A stretch of 63,873 nucleotides of DNA, counting the filler, from Chiloscyllium plagiosum (Eukaryota): NCBI RefSeq assembly GCF_004010195.1. It is 5 parts of 5 records of this genome, joined end to end, with 100 filler letters (N's around TTAATTAATTAA, not from the genome) between each part and the next. Parts side by side here need not be neighbours in the genome. Positions count along the whole stretch, not along the records: positions 30,520 to 59,500 come from NC_057748.1; 4 more parts are not named here. One strand, 5' to 3'. The translations under genes were made by a program, and so were the position numbers. The notes below the pieces were generated by a model that worked only from the letters and a program-made list of their open reading frames with translations, had not been told where the DNA came from and did not search any database. Below are positions 38,248 to 50,463 of this stretch, piece after piece (the stretch's first letter is position 1; the number at the start of each line of letters is the position of its first letter).

Positions 38248-39173
38248 TTTGCCACTCCGACGAGATGTTCCTCCAGTGAGGCAGGAAAGAGCGGGCGGCT
38301 CCTGCGACGGTCGCGACCGTTGGCTCCTGGCTGCGCGTGCTCGCGGGGCCGGGCCCTGGGGCGGATGTGCCGCCGGGCCGGCCGCTAGCGCCCTCTGGCT
38401 CAGCTGACCGTTCGGCGGCGTGGGCTGAGCAGCGCGAGGCGGAGGGCTTGGTGGGAAAGGTGGGCAGGCGCCGCGAGTGAGGGCGAAGCTCGCCTGCCCG
38501 CTCGCGTCGCCGCCCTCGCTGGGCTTCGCCTCCTCGCTCCCTCCCGCCAGCGGCAAGGCGCACCGCAGGAGGTGGGAGAGTGTCTCGAAGCCCCGGTCGA
38601 CGCGGTCCACCAGGGTGTCCAGCCGACCTGTCAGCCGCTCCAGGGCTGAGCAAACGTCGGCGCCCAGCGCCTGGACGGCAGCCGTTTGAGCTTCGATCAG
38701 AGCCTCGAGGGTGGGCGATGGGGTCTCCGGCTGAGGGGGCTCTGCCACCGCACCTTCCTGGGGGGTGCTTGTGCTTTCCAGGGTGGACTGCAGAGTGGAA
38801 ATCACGTGCGACACCACCCCGCACATGGCAGAGGTGGACTCCTCCATGCTCTCGGACATGGCGCTCAGTGTCTTCGGCAGGCCCTCCAACACCTGGTACA
38901 GCCGGTGGTGAGCTTCCAGCATCTTCCGTTTGATGGCCGGGTCCCGCGGGTCATCCCACTCGGCGGCACCGGGGAAAGGTAAGGCCCGCCGACGCGACAC
39001 CTCCAAACCCAGGCCCTGGCCCGGGGCCTCCGGTTTCTGCTCCGTCCCGCCGAGCGGAGCCGGGCCCTGGGCCTCACTCAGGCCCGGCCCTGGCTCGGCC
39101 AGCTCCGCGCTCGCGGGGGAGGCCGCGGGTTTGTCTTCCACCGAAGGCTCCACTTGGAAAACCTCCCGAGGAC
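38248..39173 (-). CDS. Myb/SANT-like domain gene, exon 3 (Pro/Ala-rich plus amphipathic helical region)
   Basis: Strong acceptor TTCTCTCTCCCGCAG|, phase 1, long GC-rich open frame. Donor GTGAGT at 38247 coincides with the GC drop; the frame could instead read to the stop at 38056. Confidence 0.75.
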
Positions 39174-39280
39174 CTGCGGGAGAGAGAAAAAGAAGAGAAA
39201 CGGGGCAAGAGTCAGGGGTGGGAAGGAATTCTGGGGGGTTAAAAGGCTAGCGCTTGCAGATTGAGAGGCTTTGGCCGTAC

Positions 39281-39509
39281 TGGGCGAGGTCTTGATGCTG
39301 ACTGGAATTGCCTGGGCCGTGTGAAGAGGCACGATGGTGAAGCAGTCGCCGTGCTTGGAGAAACCGCCGGCCTCGCCGTCTCCGATGCTGATCTCCCTCG
39401 GCGTCCCGCAAATGTCCATCGCCGATTGCTCCACAGGGGTGAGAGCTACAACATCAGTTGTGCCCCCACCCAACCTGCTCCTCTCCCTCACGTTGTGCGC
39501 TGCCTTTTC
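39281..39509 (-). CDS. Myb/SANT-like domain gene, exon 2 (EKAAHNVRERSRLGGG...); 3' boundary uncertain (39281 or 39350)
   Basis: Acceptor CTGCAG| in phase 0 continues exon 1. The (T/L)GGG linker after the Myb-like domain is typical of this family. Phase-1 GT donor at 39280. Confidence 0.7.
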
Positions 39510-39759
39510 CTGCAGATCAGAAGGAGTGAGGTAGACGAATTACCTGAAAGATCATCATGAGACAAGTAAAACAAGTAATTATTGTTAACAGACATGAAGA
39601 CCCAGATAATACCATTATGAAGATTTAAGTGAAACAATACAAGACTTCTACATTTATAGAATTTAAAATCCTGCCATTCAAAGGACCTGGATCTGCACCT
39701 TAAGTGCTGTGAGCTGCAGGGCTATGTGCAGGAAAGTGGGATTAGAAAAAAACACCTGA

Positions 39760-40425
39760 GTGTCTCTGGGTCATGATGTGGAGGTGCCTGTGTTTGACTG
39801 GGGTGGACAAGGTCAGAAGACATACAACACCAGGCAGTCTGAAAGTTTGGTGATTTTAAATAAACCTGTTGGACTATTTATCTCTCCACCCCAGAGGCTC
39901 CCAGCCTCATTCCTGATGAAGGGCTTTTGCCCGAAACGTCTATTTTCCTGCTCCTCGGATGCTGCCTGACCTGCTGTGCTTTTCCAGCACCACTCTAATC
40001 TTGACTATAACCTGATGTGTGTGACTTGTGACACTACACCTGGTGCTCTAAAAGCTTGTGATTTCAAATAAACCTGTTGGACTGTAACCTGGTGTTTGTG
40101 ACTTCTGACCTTGTCTCTGGGTCAGCATGAACAAGGTGGACCAAAGAGTCCCCTTCTGTGCTGTATCATTTCTATGGTTCTATGCATCTTCTGTTAAGTT
40201 TGATGCATCATATGTTGTCAGGTTAAGTTCATTAAATTCGTAGTCGATTGTGTGGTACTGGAAAAGCACAGCAGGTCAGGCAGCCTCTGAGGAGCAGGAA
40301 AATGGACGTTTCCGGCAAAAGCCCTTCATCAGGAATCACTGAGAATTCCTGATGAAGGGCTTTTGCTCAAAGCGTTCACACTCTCGACTCTAATCTCCAG
40401 CATCTGCAGTCTTCACTTGCACCCA
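39760..40425. mobile_element. Cluster of nested Penelope-like fragments; hammerhead motifs at 39913-39940 (+) and 40305-40332 (-)
   Basis: CTGATGA-AGGGCTTTTGCCC-GAAACGTC at 39913; back-to-back inverted motifs at 40305-40376. Confidence 0.7.
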
Positions 40426-42233
40426 CTTCATTACGTTTGCAGTCATTTTAACACTATATATGATTTATATAAAGAAGGGGACTGATCTGTCACATCGTGT
40501 ATTAGTTCTTGATCTTGTCCGCAGAATGCTGGGCGGATGAAAGGTGAGATTCAATAATTTTCTTGCAAAGTCCCAGACCGCCTCCTGCCCTTTGATGAGG
40601 AAGATATAGTTCGAGACATTTATCAGTTAAAGGTCAGCTGTCTTGAATGAACTGGGGTCGTTGCAATTGTCAGCTGAGGAAGAGTCATGAGGAGAGGTGC
40701 AGGAACAGATTTGTCTGTAGTTTTATTTCATGACTTTGAAAGGAAATAATAGAGTGGATGGAGAAGAACATGTCCCATTGGTCAAAGGGCAAGTTTGGGA
40801 TGAAAAACACAGCCTTAGGGCCAAACTTTACAGGAGAGAAATTAGGAAACACTTCCGCACGCAAGTAGTAGAAGTTTGAAGATCAAATAAAAAACACTAG
40901 AGTCACTGATGTAATGTGAGTGGACTTGCAATGAGAGACATAGATTAAAATCCCACCACAGCCACTGGTGGAATTTAAATTCAATAAATGTGGAATCAAG
41001 AACAATTAATTGATATTTGTGAAAGAAACACGTCTGGTTCACTAATGTCCTGTAGAGAAGGAAATCTGCTGTTCTTACTCTGTCTGGCCTCCATGTGATT
41101 CTAGACCCACAGCAATGTGGTTAGATCTTAACTGCCCTCAAATGGCCAGGCCCTCAGTTCTAGACCAATTAGAGATGGGCAAAATATGCTGGCCTCGTCA
41201 GTGATGCCAACATTCCAGGAATGAGTTCAACACACAGTTGCTGAGTTAAGATCAGGACAGTAATGACCTCACTGAATGGCAGAACAAGCGTGTGGGGCTG
41301 AATGGCCTGCACGTGTTCCTCGATGTGAAACATACGTCTAGTAATGGTTTGCATGTGTACTCAGTGAGTGGGAAAGGTTTTGCTTTAATTCATTCAAGGA
41401 CATGGGTGTTGTAGGTTAGGCCAGAATTTATTTCTTGTCTCTAATTATCAGTTTGGGCGGGGGGAGGGGGGAGGAGGAGGAAATAGAGGGGAATGCTGCA
41501 GGGCAGTTACTTGTCCACAAGCTGCCACATGAAGGTCTGGGTCCTGGGTGTTTGACTTGTTACATCATAACAGGACATGGAAATTGCAGTCACCAGGTAG
41601 GATTGTTTCCTTTGAACAGAGAGGGGTGACTTAACAATGTTGATGGATTTGAAAGACTGAACAGAAAAGTCCTGTTTCCCCTTGCTGAGAGGTCAATTAT
41701 CAGAGGGTCCCGATTTAAGATGATTGGAGAAAGGGTTGTCAGCAATTCTTGGCGAATGACTATGTTTGTCCACCTAGGTCATCCTGTGTCACTGCTCAGG
41801 GATTCCGGGGCCCTTTGTGTGGCTAATGCACCTAATCCTATAGCCACATCTCTAAACACCCATTTGGCAGGTACATCTGTCAAGCAGAAGGAGTAAAGGG
41901 GATATGAGGAAAAACTTTTCCACCTGGAGTGGGGATCTCGAACTTGTTCCCAATTTGGCAGTTGACATGGAAGCCCTCAGCCACTTCAAAAGGCACCTGG
42001 ATCTGCACCTACAAAACTCCAGGTGATGGAAAGTGAGAATAAAAATGGGTGGCTGGTTGTGGACGCTGCAGACAAGATGGGCAGAATGGCATCTTCCTGG
42101 ACTGTAACTTTCTATAGACTGAGGCATGGGAGAGCTTGAAGGGTTCCGAACTGAACTTCAAACATGTTTTCTGCATCTACACGTGCTGCCTGACTTGCTG
42201 AGTTTCTCCAGCACACACACACATTCCACTTAC

Positions 42234-42473
42234 CCTGGCTGAACGAGTGAGATCATTGAATCTCTTCCGGCACTGGATCCAGGTCCTCGGGGTGATGCTC
42301 AGCCTGCTGACCTCCTCGGCCACTTCCAGCCACGCTTTCTTGGACAGGCTGCCGTGGACCTTCTTGCTGGAGCGAGGGAAGAGCACTCTGGCCCTGGCTC
42401 TGACAGCCGCCACCAGCACCTTCAGGGAGGTGTCTGAAAACCGGCGGGCCACCTTCCCCCTCCGAGCAGCCAT
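42234..42473 (-). CDS. Myb/SANT-like DNA-binding domain gene, exon 1 (NAIF1/MSANTD/TSNARE1-type Myb_DNA-bind_5 domain)
   Basis: GCCATGG Kozak context; 80 codons RRFSDTSLKVLV...LFP...KKAWLEVAEEV...RTWIQCRKRFNDL; phase-0 donor GTAAGT at 42233. Confidence 0.88.
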
Positions 42474-42479
42474 GGCTGG

Positions 42480-42760
42480 GGCAAGTAGGAGCCAAGGTTA
42501 AGATTCGGCTCGATGGCTTTTAGCGTTATCTTTGGGGGGGGGTTTCAGGAGGACGGGAACCACTGCCGGAAATTGCGCTGAAGCAGAGGGAAGGGCAGGA
42601 AAAGTGGGCGGTCGGCTGGACGGGCGTGATGTTGCGCTGGGAGTGAAATAAGTGCAGTTTCTGCGGTTAAAATCCGCCCCGAACTGCAGCGGCGAGCTCC
42701 CCCTTCTCCTGGTGGGAAAGGCTGGAATTCAAAGCTGACAGACAGGCCCCTCTCTCTCTC
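42480..42760. promoter_or_regulatory. CpG/GC-rich 5' region of the Myb/SANT-like gene (putative promoter)
   Basis: GGGCGG and CCGCCC GC boxes, CCGGAAA ETS-like site, CpG retained in an otherwise CpG-poor window. Confidence 0.5.
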
Positions 42761-43596
42761 TCTCTCTCTTTCTCTCCCTGTTCAGAAATTAAAATGCAAC
42801 AAATGACAAAACCATCCTGACTTCTGAAGGTATCCCCATTTTTTTTGGGAGGGGGGAGCATCTTGTGGTGCTTTGGTTGCGTCTCTAACCCGAGACACCA
42901 GGTTAAAGTCCCATCTCCTTTGGAGGTGTGCAATAACATCTTCTGCAAGGGGGGGGGAAAAATAGGTTAAAAAATTATCATCGTCGATTCTCCTGTTCCC
43001 TGGATGCTGCCTGACCTGCTGCGCTTTTCCAGCAACACATTTTCAGCTCTGACCTCCAGCAGCTGCAGACCTCACTTTCTCCTAAAAAAAATTATCACTG
43101 GCAACACCCCCAGCATACTGCAGTGTATCTCCCGTGACATGTGACGATGCAAATTTTATTTTTATTTTTATTTTAAAAATGCACCTTTCTTGAGCTGCAA
43201 GATGTACAGCACGGCCGCCAGTAGAAATAGGATGGATATTACAGCCAACGCCAGGAAATAAACAGACGGAGGATCCAGGGATCCGCAGCTCTCGCACCTG
43301 AAGCCCTCAGTTGGAGATGGGGAATTGCTGGCATCTTCCGGCCCTGAAATTCAAACATAGTCATCAGAGGGTAGCCAAGGAGAGAACGACAGATCCGCTT
43401 CACGACCGCCACCCCCATTCGCAAAACTAAAACTAACAAACAAAAAAAATCATTTTCGCATCTGTTTATCTCCAACTTTTACGGACACGGAACAAATGTT
43501 TTAAAAATGCATTCAAACGGATTACATTTAGGTAAACGTGTTCCCGCCTGCCCTTCTGTCGTCCTTCTTTTGCACGAGGTAACTTAAGTGAAATAA

Positions 43597-44362
43597 AGTC
43601 ATAGAGACATACAGAATGGAAACAGACCCTTGATTCAACTTGTCTATGCCCACCAGATATCCTAAATAGTCCTATTTGGTCCATGTCCCTCCATGCCCTT
43701 TCTGTTCATATATCAATCTAGATGTCCTTTACGTGTTGCAATTTTACCAGCCTCCATCACTTCCTCTGGCAGCTAATTCCATACATGACCAAACTCTGCA
43801 TGAAAATATTGCCCTTCTTGTCTTGGCTATTTACCCTACCCACGCCCTTATGATTTTATAAACCTCTATAAGGTCCCTCCTCAACTTTCAATGCTCCAGG
43901 GGAAACAGTCCCAGCCTATTCAGCCTCTTCCTATAACTCAAACCCTCCAATCCTGGCAAAATCCTTGTAAATCTTTTCTGAACCCTTTCAAGTTTCACAA
44001 TATCCTTCCTACAAGCAGAGAGACCAGAATTGAACGCAGTATTCCAAAAGTGACCAAACTAATGTATAGCCAAAACGTGACCTCCCAAAGCCTATACTTG
44101 ATGCACTGATCGATAAAGGTAAGCATACCAAATGACTTCTTCACCATCCTATTTACCTGCAACTCCACTTTCAAGGAACTATGGACATTCATTCCAAGGT
44201 CTGTTTGTTCAGCAACACTTCCCAGTACCTTACCATTCAATGTATAAATCCTGCCCTGATTTGCCTTTCCAAAATGCAGCATCTCACATTTATCTAAATT
44301 AAACTCCATCTGCCACTCCTTGGCCCATCTGATCAAGGTCCTGTTGTACTCTGAGTAACCTC
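43597..44362 (-). mobile_element. CR1-type LINE 3' fragment
   Basis: ORF 43995-44336(-) WAKEWQMEFNLDKCEMLHFG. Confidence 0.85.
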
Positions 44363-44619
44363 AGATGATGGTAAATGTACAGTGAACCCAGTACATGAAC
44401 AGTGAGAATACATGTGATGACTTCTATTAGAAAGTCCTCAGAGCCTAACCCTAAAACTGAAGGGACTACCTAAGATTGTTAGCCTCTTTCTGCTACACTT
44501 TGCTCAGGTCCTGCTTTTGACATCTGCACAGCAGTCTGGACAATGTGAGATCCTGGAAGTAATTCACACTTAAGGCCACAAGAAACGTGTGTGTTGATGA
44601 CATTCACAAACTTACCTTA

Positions 44620-44900
44620 AACGTCCTTAACATGACCATAACCATTACTTACTCTAACCTCACATTATGTTTAACATAAGCTTACCGTGCACTTTAATCT
44701 TAGATTTACTATAACCATATACTTCCTATAACCTTAACTATGCACTTATTTTAAACTTATCTTAAATTTACTGTAACCTTATCTTGCACTTGTCAAACCT
44801 TATATTTACTACTATCCTGCATTGCACTTAACAATAACCTTATCTTACATTTACTATAACCTTACACTTACTATAAGTTCACACCATTCTTAAATAAATA
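44620..44900. repeat. Degenerate low-complexity tandem repeat (TTTACTATAACCTTA-like)
   Basis: TTTACTA(T/C) and AACCTTA recur at irregular spacing; the + strand is almost free of G. Confidence 0.55.
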
Positions 44901-46436
44901 ACTTGTAGTTATTTGGCTCCTTTCCCACCGTGAGTATATCAGAAGTCTTCACAGCACTTTGAATATGTTTTGGACTGTAGTCACTGTGGTACTGCAGGGA
45001 AAGAGATTGCTAAATTTTGAATGAAGACTGACAAATAGAAATTGGCTAAGAAATTGTGTGTTTTGGGTCGTTTGGTTGGCGTAATAACTGCCCAGAGGGG
45101 ACTCTGCAAAGTTATTTCAATTTCCAGCACCTGTAGTACTTATGTCAAAAATACTTCTATCGGTTGCGGAAGCTTTTAAGAAATGCAAGTCGTTATATAA
45201 ATGCCAGTTCTTTCTATCTTGACAATGAATTTTATAGAAATGTTGACCTGTCTAATCTCTCCTCACTGTTGTGCAGGATACATATTGCATTTTGAATCTT
45301 GGTTTAAAGTGTCCTGCTCTTGCAGCTTTAATTCATTTCATTCGTGTCTTCGCTTATCACTTTGCTCATCTGTGAGCTGATTTCATTGCAGCTTAAGACA
45401 ATGTGTTGCTGCATTTACTGAGGAGGTGAATCCGACGTGGCCCCATTGCTGTTTGGAATAATTGTTCGTGCAACATCATCAAGTATTGCTGGAAATTGCA
45501 AGTCTAGAATTACAAAACTGAAGATAAAGGTTGATTTGTTCTATATTCTCAGCTTTTGACTGATATGATCTCCACATTGGAAAAAAGTTAGTTTCTTTCT
45601 GCTGGTACATGTACAGGTTGTCCGTCTGATCTTGTAATCTGCTGGTGCGGTTTGAGGTATAGTATGTATGGGGAAACAGACATATGAACAAAAGAGGTAG
45701 CAACAAAAGGTCATTCAGCCCTTAAAGTTGCTGAGCTGCTCTCTTCCACCCTCTTCCATCAGACGGAAGATACAAAAGTTTGAAATTAAAAACAACAGAT
45801 TTAAGAACAGCTTCTTCCCCACTGTTATCAGACTCATATATAAGAGTTGCTCTTTCTCTGCACCTTCTCTGTGACACTGTATTCTGCATTCTGCTCTGTT
45901 AGCCTGATGTATTTATGTAAGGATGATTTGTCTGGTTAGCATGCAAAATAATACTTTTCATACATGTGGCAATAATGAATTAGATCAAATCAAAGGTCAT
46001 GGCTGAGCATCTATCTCAATTCTATACTCCTACACTATTGCTATACTCCCTTAGCACATTAAACAAGTACCTCAATAACTGAGCATCTTAACCCTCTGTG
46101 GTAGAGAATGCCTTCAGGTGAAGAAATTTCTCCTTATCTCACATATTCACATATCCGTAGCTCTATACTTGCCAGGCAATGGAGGTATTCTCCCAGTACC
46201 TACGCTCATGCCCCTTAAAAATTTTGTTTCAATTAGAACGCCTCTCATCGTTTGAAAGACGAGGGAATATCAGCTTAGTATTTTTTATCTTTCTTCCCAA
46301 AAATCAGAACAAGGAACATACATTGTATTCCCTCAGAGGCAGATTCTTAAGTAAGGAGACCAAAACTGTACATAGCGTCCCAGATATGATCTCAACAGGA
46401 GTATATACAATAATATATAATAATATATATTATTGT

Positions 46437-46646
46437 GGGCGGCACGGTGGCACAGTGGTTAACACTGCTGCCTCACAGCACCAGAGACCCGGGTTCAATT
46501 CCCGCCTCAGGCGACTGACTGTGTGGAGTTTGCACATTCTCCCCGTGTCTGCGTGGTAGGGGTATGGGTGGGTTGCGCTTCAGCGGGTCGGTGTGGACTT
46601 GTTGGGCCGAAGGGCCTGTTTCTGCACTGTAATGTAATCTAATCTA
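46437..46646 (+). mobile_element. tRNA-derived shark-type SINE (internally deleted)
   Basis: GGGCGGCACGGTGGCACAGTGG head, GGTTCAATTCC, TAATCTAATC tail. Confidence 0.88.
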
Positions 46647-47381
46647 ATAATAGTAATATGTCATTATTCTCATGCTCCCATTTCAATGCAATAAATGCTA
46701 ATACATCTAATTGTTCCAGCATGTTAACTTTACAGGTCCCTTTGAATACCTATATTTCCTAGTCTACTAACATTTGAGAAATATTATGCATCTCTAACCT
46801 TTCTACCAAAATAGATAACATCACATTTCACATTATATTCCACATAGTTGCTCATCCATTTAACCTGTCTCAACATTTTGCTTTTTTTTTGCAGTTCCTC
46901 GTGGTTTACATTTCCACCTAACTCTTTATTATTGATAGACTTGAATGCATTATACTTGGTCCCCTCATATTACTCATTGACTTTGATTATAAATGGCTGA
47001 GACCCAGGTTCTGATCTTTGTCATTTTGTGCCACCCCGAAAATATCTTGTTTATTCCTGCTGTCTGTTTTCTGACCATTAAAGCAATATTTAATCCATGC
47101 CTATATACAACTGCTAATCCCGTGAGCCCAAAGTTTGTGAAGTAATTGTGTTTGAACATTTTTTGAATCTCCAAATATATTACACCCACTGTTTTCCCCT
47201 GAGCTACTCTTACAATCTGGAAAAGTGCTAACAGATGAATCAAACACGATTTGATCCCTATTATCATTTTTTCCTGTATCTCTCATGCTTACTGCTACTC
47301 TTTCTTTTTACTCAGCAATAGACCTTTATGAATCTGCTTTATGTTTCTTGATAGTTTCCTCTCAGATTCTCTCTTCTCATA

Positions 47382-47723
47382 GAGTCCCTTCAGTGTGAAA
47401 GCAGACCATTCACTCCATCAAGTCCACACCAACCTCTCTGAAGAGCATCCCTTCTAGCCTCCATGCCCCAACCTTATCCCTATAACTCTGTATTTCCCTT
47501 GGCTAGTCCATCTAACTGACACATCCCCGGACACTACGGGCAATTTAGCACGGCCAATCCATCTAACCTGCACATCTTTGGACTATGGAAGGAAACTGGA
47601 ATACCTGGAGGAAACCCATGCAGACATGGGGAGAATGTGCAAGTTCCGCATAGACAGTCACCCGAGGGTGGAATTGAACCCGAGTCTCTGATGCTGTGAG
47701 GTAGCAGTGCTGACTACTGAGCC
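47382..47723 (-). mobile_element. tRNA-derived shark-type SINE
   Basis: Reverse-complement match to the same family. Confidence 0.8.
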
Positions 47724-49162
47724 CAATTGCTGCCCAGTTGAACTCAGTCAATTGTTGCTCACCTTTTACTGAGTTCCAAAATTCTCCAAGTGCTCAGGTT
47801 TGCTTCTCTTTCCTTTTTCCACACCACAATAAGCTCCATTCTTTAATGTAATGCTACCGTAAAATGGCTTTGTTAACCATAGCTGGATGACCATGTCTGT
47901 TGGGGTGTTTAATCCTTGAGAGTATACTTGTTGAAATTTATAAAATTATTTTGCGAACATCCACTGCATATTTACACCTAGTATCACATTAATTTATTTA
48001 ATTCAGATTTCCAATGAACTGAGCCAACTTTTCCCTTATAGTGGCATAGTTTGCTTGGTTCAGATTTTAATATCAGACGAACGAAACCATTCTCAAGATA
48101 TATATTCTTAAACTATGAGGAGCGTGTGGTATAGTGATAATGTCACTGGGCCACTAATGTAGAAATCCCGCTGTTCGAATGCTGCCTGACCTGCTGTACT
48201 TTTCCAGCAACACACTCTTGATTCTGACCTCCAGCATCTGCAGACCTAACTTTCTCCTAATGTCTAGGGGAATTGAGTTTGAATTCTGCCATGGTAGATG
48301 GTTAAAATTTGACTCCATTGAAAAGCTGGTTTAATGCCAACTGTGTAACCACTGTCAGTTGTTGTAAGAACCCATTCAGTTCACTAATGCCCTTTAGGAA
48401 GGAAACTTTCCATCCTAATCTGGTTTGGCCTACATGTGACTTCAGACCCACGGCACTGGAGATGATTTTTAACTGCCTTCTAGGCAATTAGAGATGGGCA
48501 GTAAATGCTAACTTAGCCAACAATGTCCATGTCCCATGAACAAATAATATTAAAAATTATCATTTTATTATCATCCTTCCATAAAGATTATTCATATTAA
48601 TTCAGTTTTTAAATTGTATATAAAATTTAAAAAAACCTGTTCCCAAGGTGATTCCTCAATATCTAGAAGATTTAGATATTTTAGAAAACTGCAAAAATGA
48701 ATCACCTTTACACTATTATTGCAATTTGGTTTGCACAGCTAAATGAAGATTTCGATCCCCAATAACTACCATATTGAACTTGTTACGTACACCATAGTTT
48801 TCTGATTTATAGTCTGCCTAACGCTACTGCAAATGTTAGTGCTTTTTTTAAGATGCACTAAGCAACAACCTGGAATAGAATATGTTTTGAAAAAAACAAC
48901 ATTGTGAACTTGCAGCAACTTTTAAAATGCAACTTACACTATTCATGGGCAAAATTATAGAGCCCAGAGGTATTTGTGCCCTACCCAGTACAAAGAATAT
49001 TTACAGCAAATATTTATGAAGTCTATTCTTCTACTATCAATGTTTTCGGTACATTTTTTTAGCTCCATCCAAATTAATTAATAAAGTATTTCAATTTTAA
49101 GAGCTAACATTCTTTCTCTCTATGGTTTTTATCCCATTCCTTTATTATCATGGTTACTCTTC

Positions 49163-50463
49163 TCCTTTTTCTTTTACCAATCTCTTCTAGAAGTCAAGTG
49201 TTTTTATCCCAACCCTTTATAATCAAAAGTACTCTTCCCCTTTTGGTTAACTAATCTCTTCTCGAAGTCAAGTGTATTGTAACATTTATTTCCCAACATT
49301 GGTCACTGTGGGGCTAACACCTTCAACACATTATCTGGGCTGATACCAATTGTTAAAGTTAACCTGAGAATGTAACTTTTTAAAAAAGTTTTGTGATTTA
49401 CATTTGAAAGAAGTAAAACTGACATGGTCATTCTAACAGGTGAGAGACTTACCAAACCATCAAGGTAATTTTCAATGTATAATTTCAGTTACATCACACT
49501 GTAAACTTTTGCCACAAATTTTGTCTTACAATTGTGCTCTCCACAATGACCTGATGAAGGAGCAGCGCTCCGAAAGCTAGTGCTTCCAATTAAACCTGTT
49601 GGACTATAACCCGGCATCTCCAAATCATAGATTTGGTGGTACAGGGACCAGGTGTGATTGCAGCCTTGGCTGACTGCTTGTGTGGATGTTTTCACATTCT
49701 CGCTATGTCTGCGTGGGTTTCCTCTGGGTACTCCAATTTTCTGCCACAGTCCAAAGTTGTGCAGGTTTAGGTGGATTAACCATGATTAGTGCAGGGTTGG
49801 GTCTGTGTGGGATACTCTTTGAAGGGTTGGTGTAGACTCAATGTGCCGAATGGCCTCTTTCTTCGCTGTAGGGAGTCTATGACTCTGAATGGAATATATT
49901 TTAATGTAAGGAGCACAAGGAATAAGATAAACACGCTGAATACAGATTGGCATTTGGGCATACTATATATATATGACTGAGATTTGGCTGAACGATGGCA
50001 GGAATGGCAATTCAACATTCTGTATCAGTGTATTATGAGTCTACCAGGACATATCTGATGAACTTAGTGATCTTTTTTAATGTGCTGTCCTGTTAGATGA
50101 ATGCTTGCGTCGATCCATTCATTCATCTGTTGCTTTTGCCAAACTAATTTAAGAGTATAAGGTTTTACTGATGAATGTGAAATCAGAAAAAAAAAACCCA
50201 AAATGTTAAAGCAAGCAGCACTATATCTGAAGGCACAACATATTCATAGTGAAACAGATAACATGAGCAGCACAGCTAGAATTTAATGAGCTTGATTTAA
50301 TAAAAGATGGAGTCTCACAGTGACCAATGTTGGGAAATAAATGTTACAATACACTAGACTTCGAGAAGAGATTAGTTAACCAAAAGGGGAAGAGTACTTT
50401 TGATTATAAAGGGTTGGGATAAAAACACTTGACTTCTAGAAGAGATTGGTAAAAGAAAAAGGA
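49163..50463. repeat. 148-bp near-perfect inverted duplication (49163-49310 vs 50316-50463); each arm is followed by a Penelope-like 3' fragment (49311-49628, 50464-51010)
   Basis: Direct reverse-complement match without indels; the Penelope copies share GGGCTAACACCTTCAACACATTATCTGGGCTGATACC. Confidence 0.9.

Noticed and set aside
38131-39560. Many overlapping alternative-frame ORFs
   Set aside because: By-products of high GC content within the Myb/SANT-like exons.
42480-44400. Divergently transcribed Harbinger transposase
   Set aside because: No frame with DDE_Tnp_4-like motifs was seen; the region is short ORFs plus Penelope and CR1 fragments.
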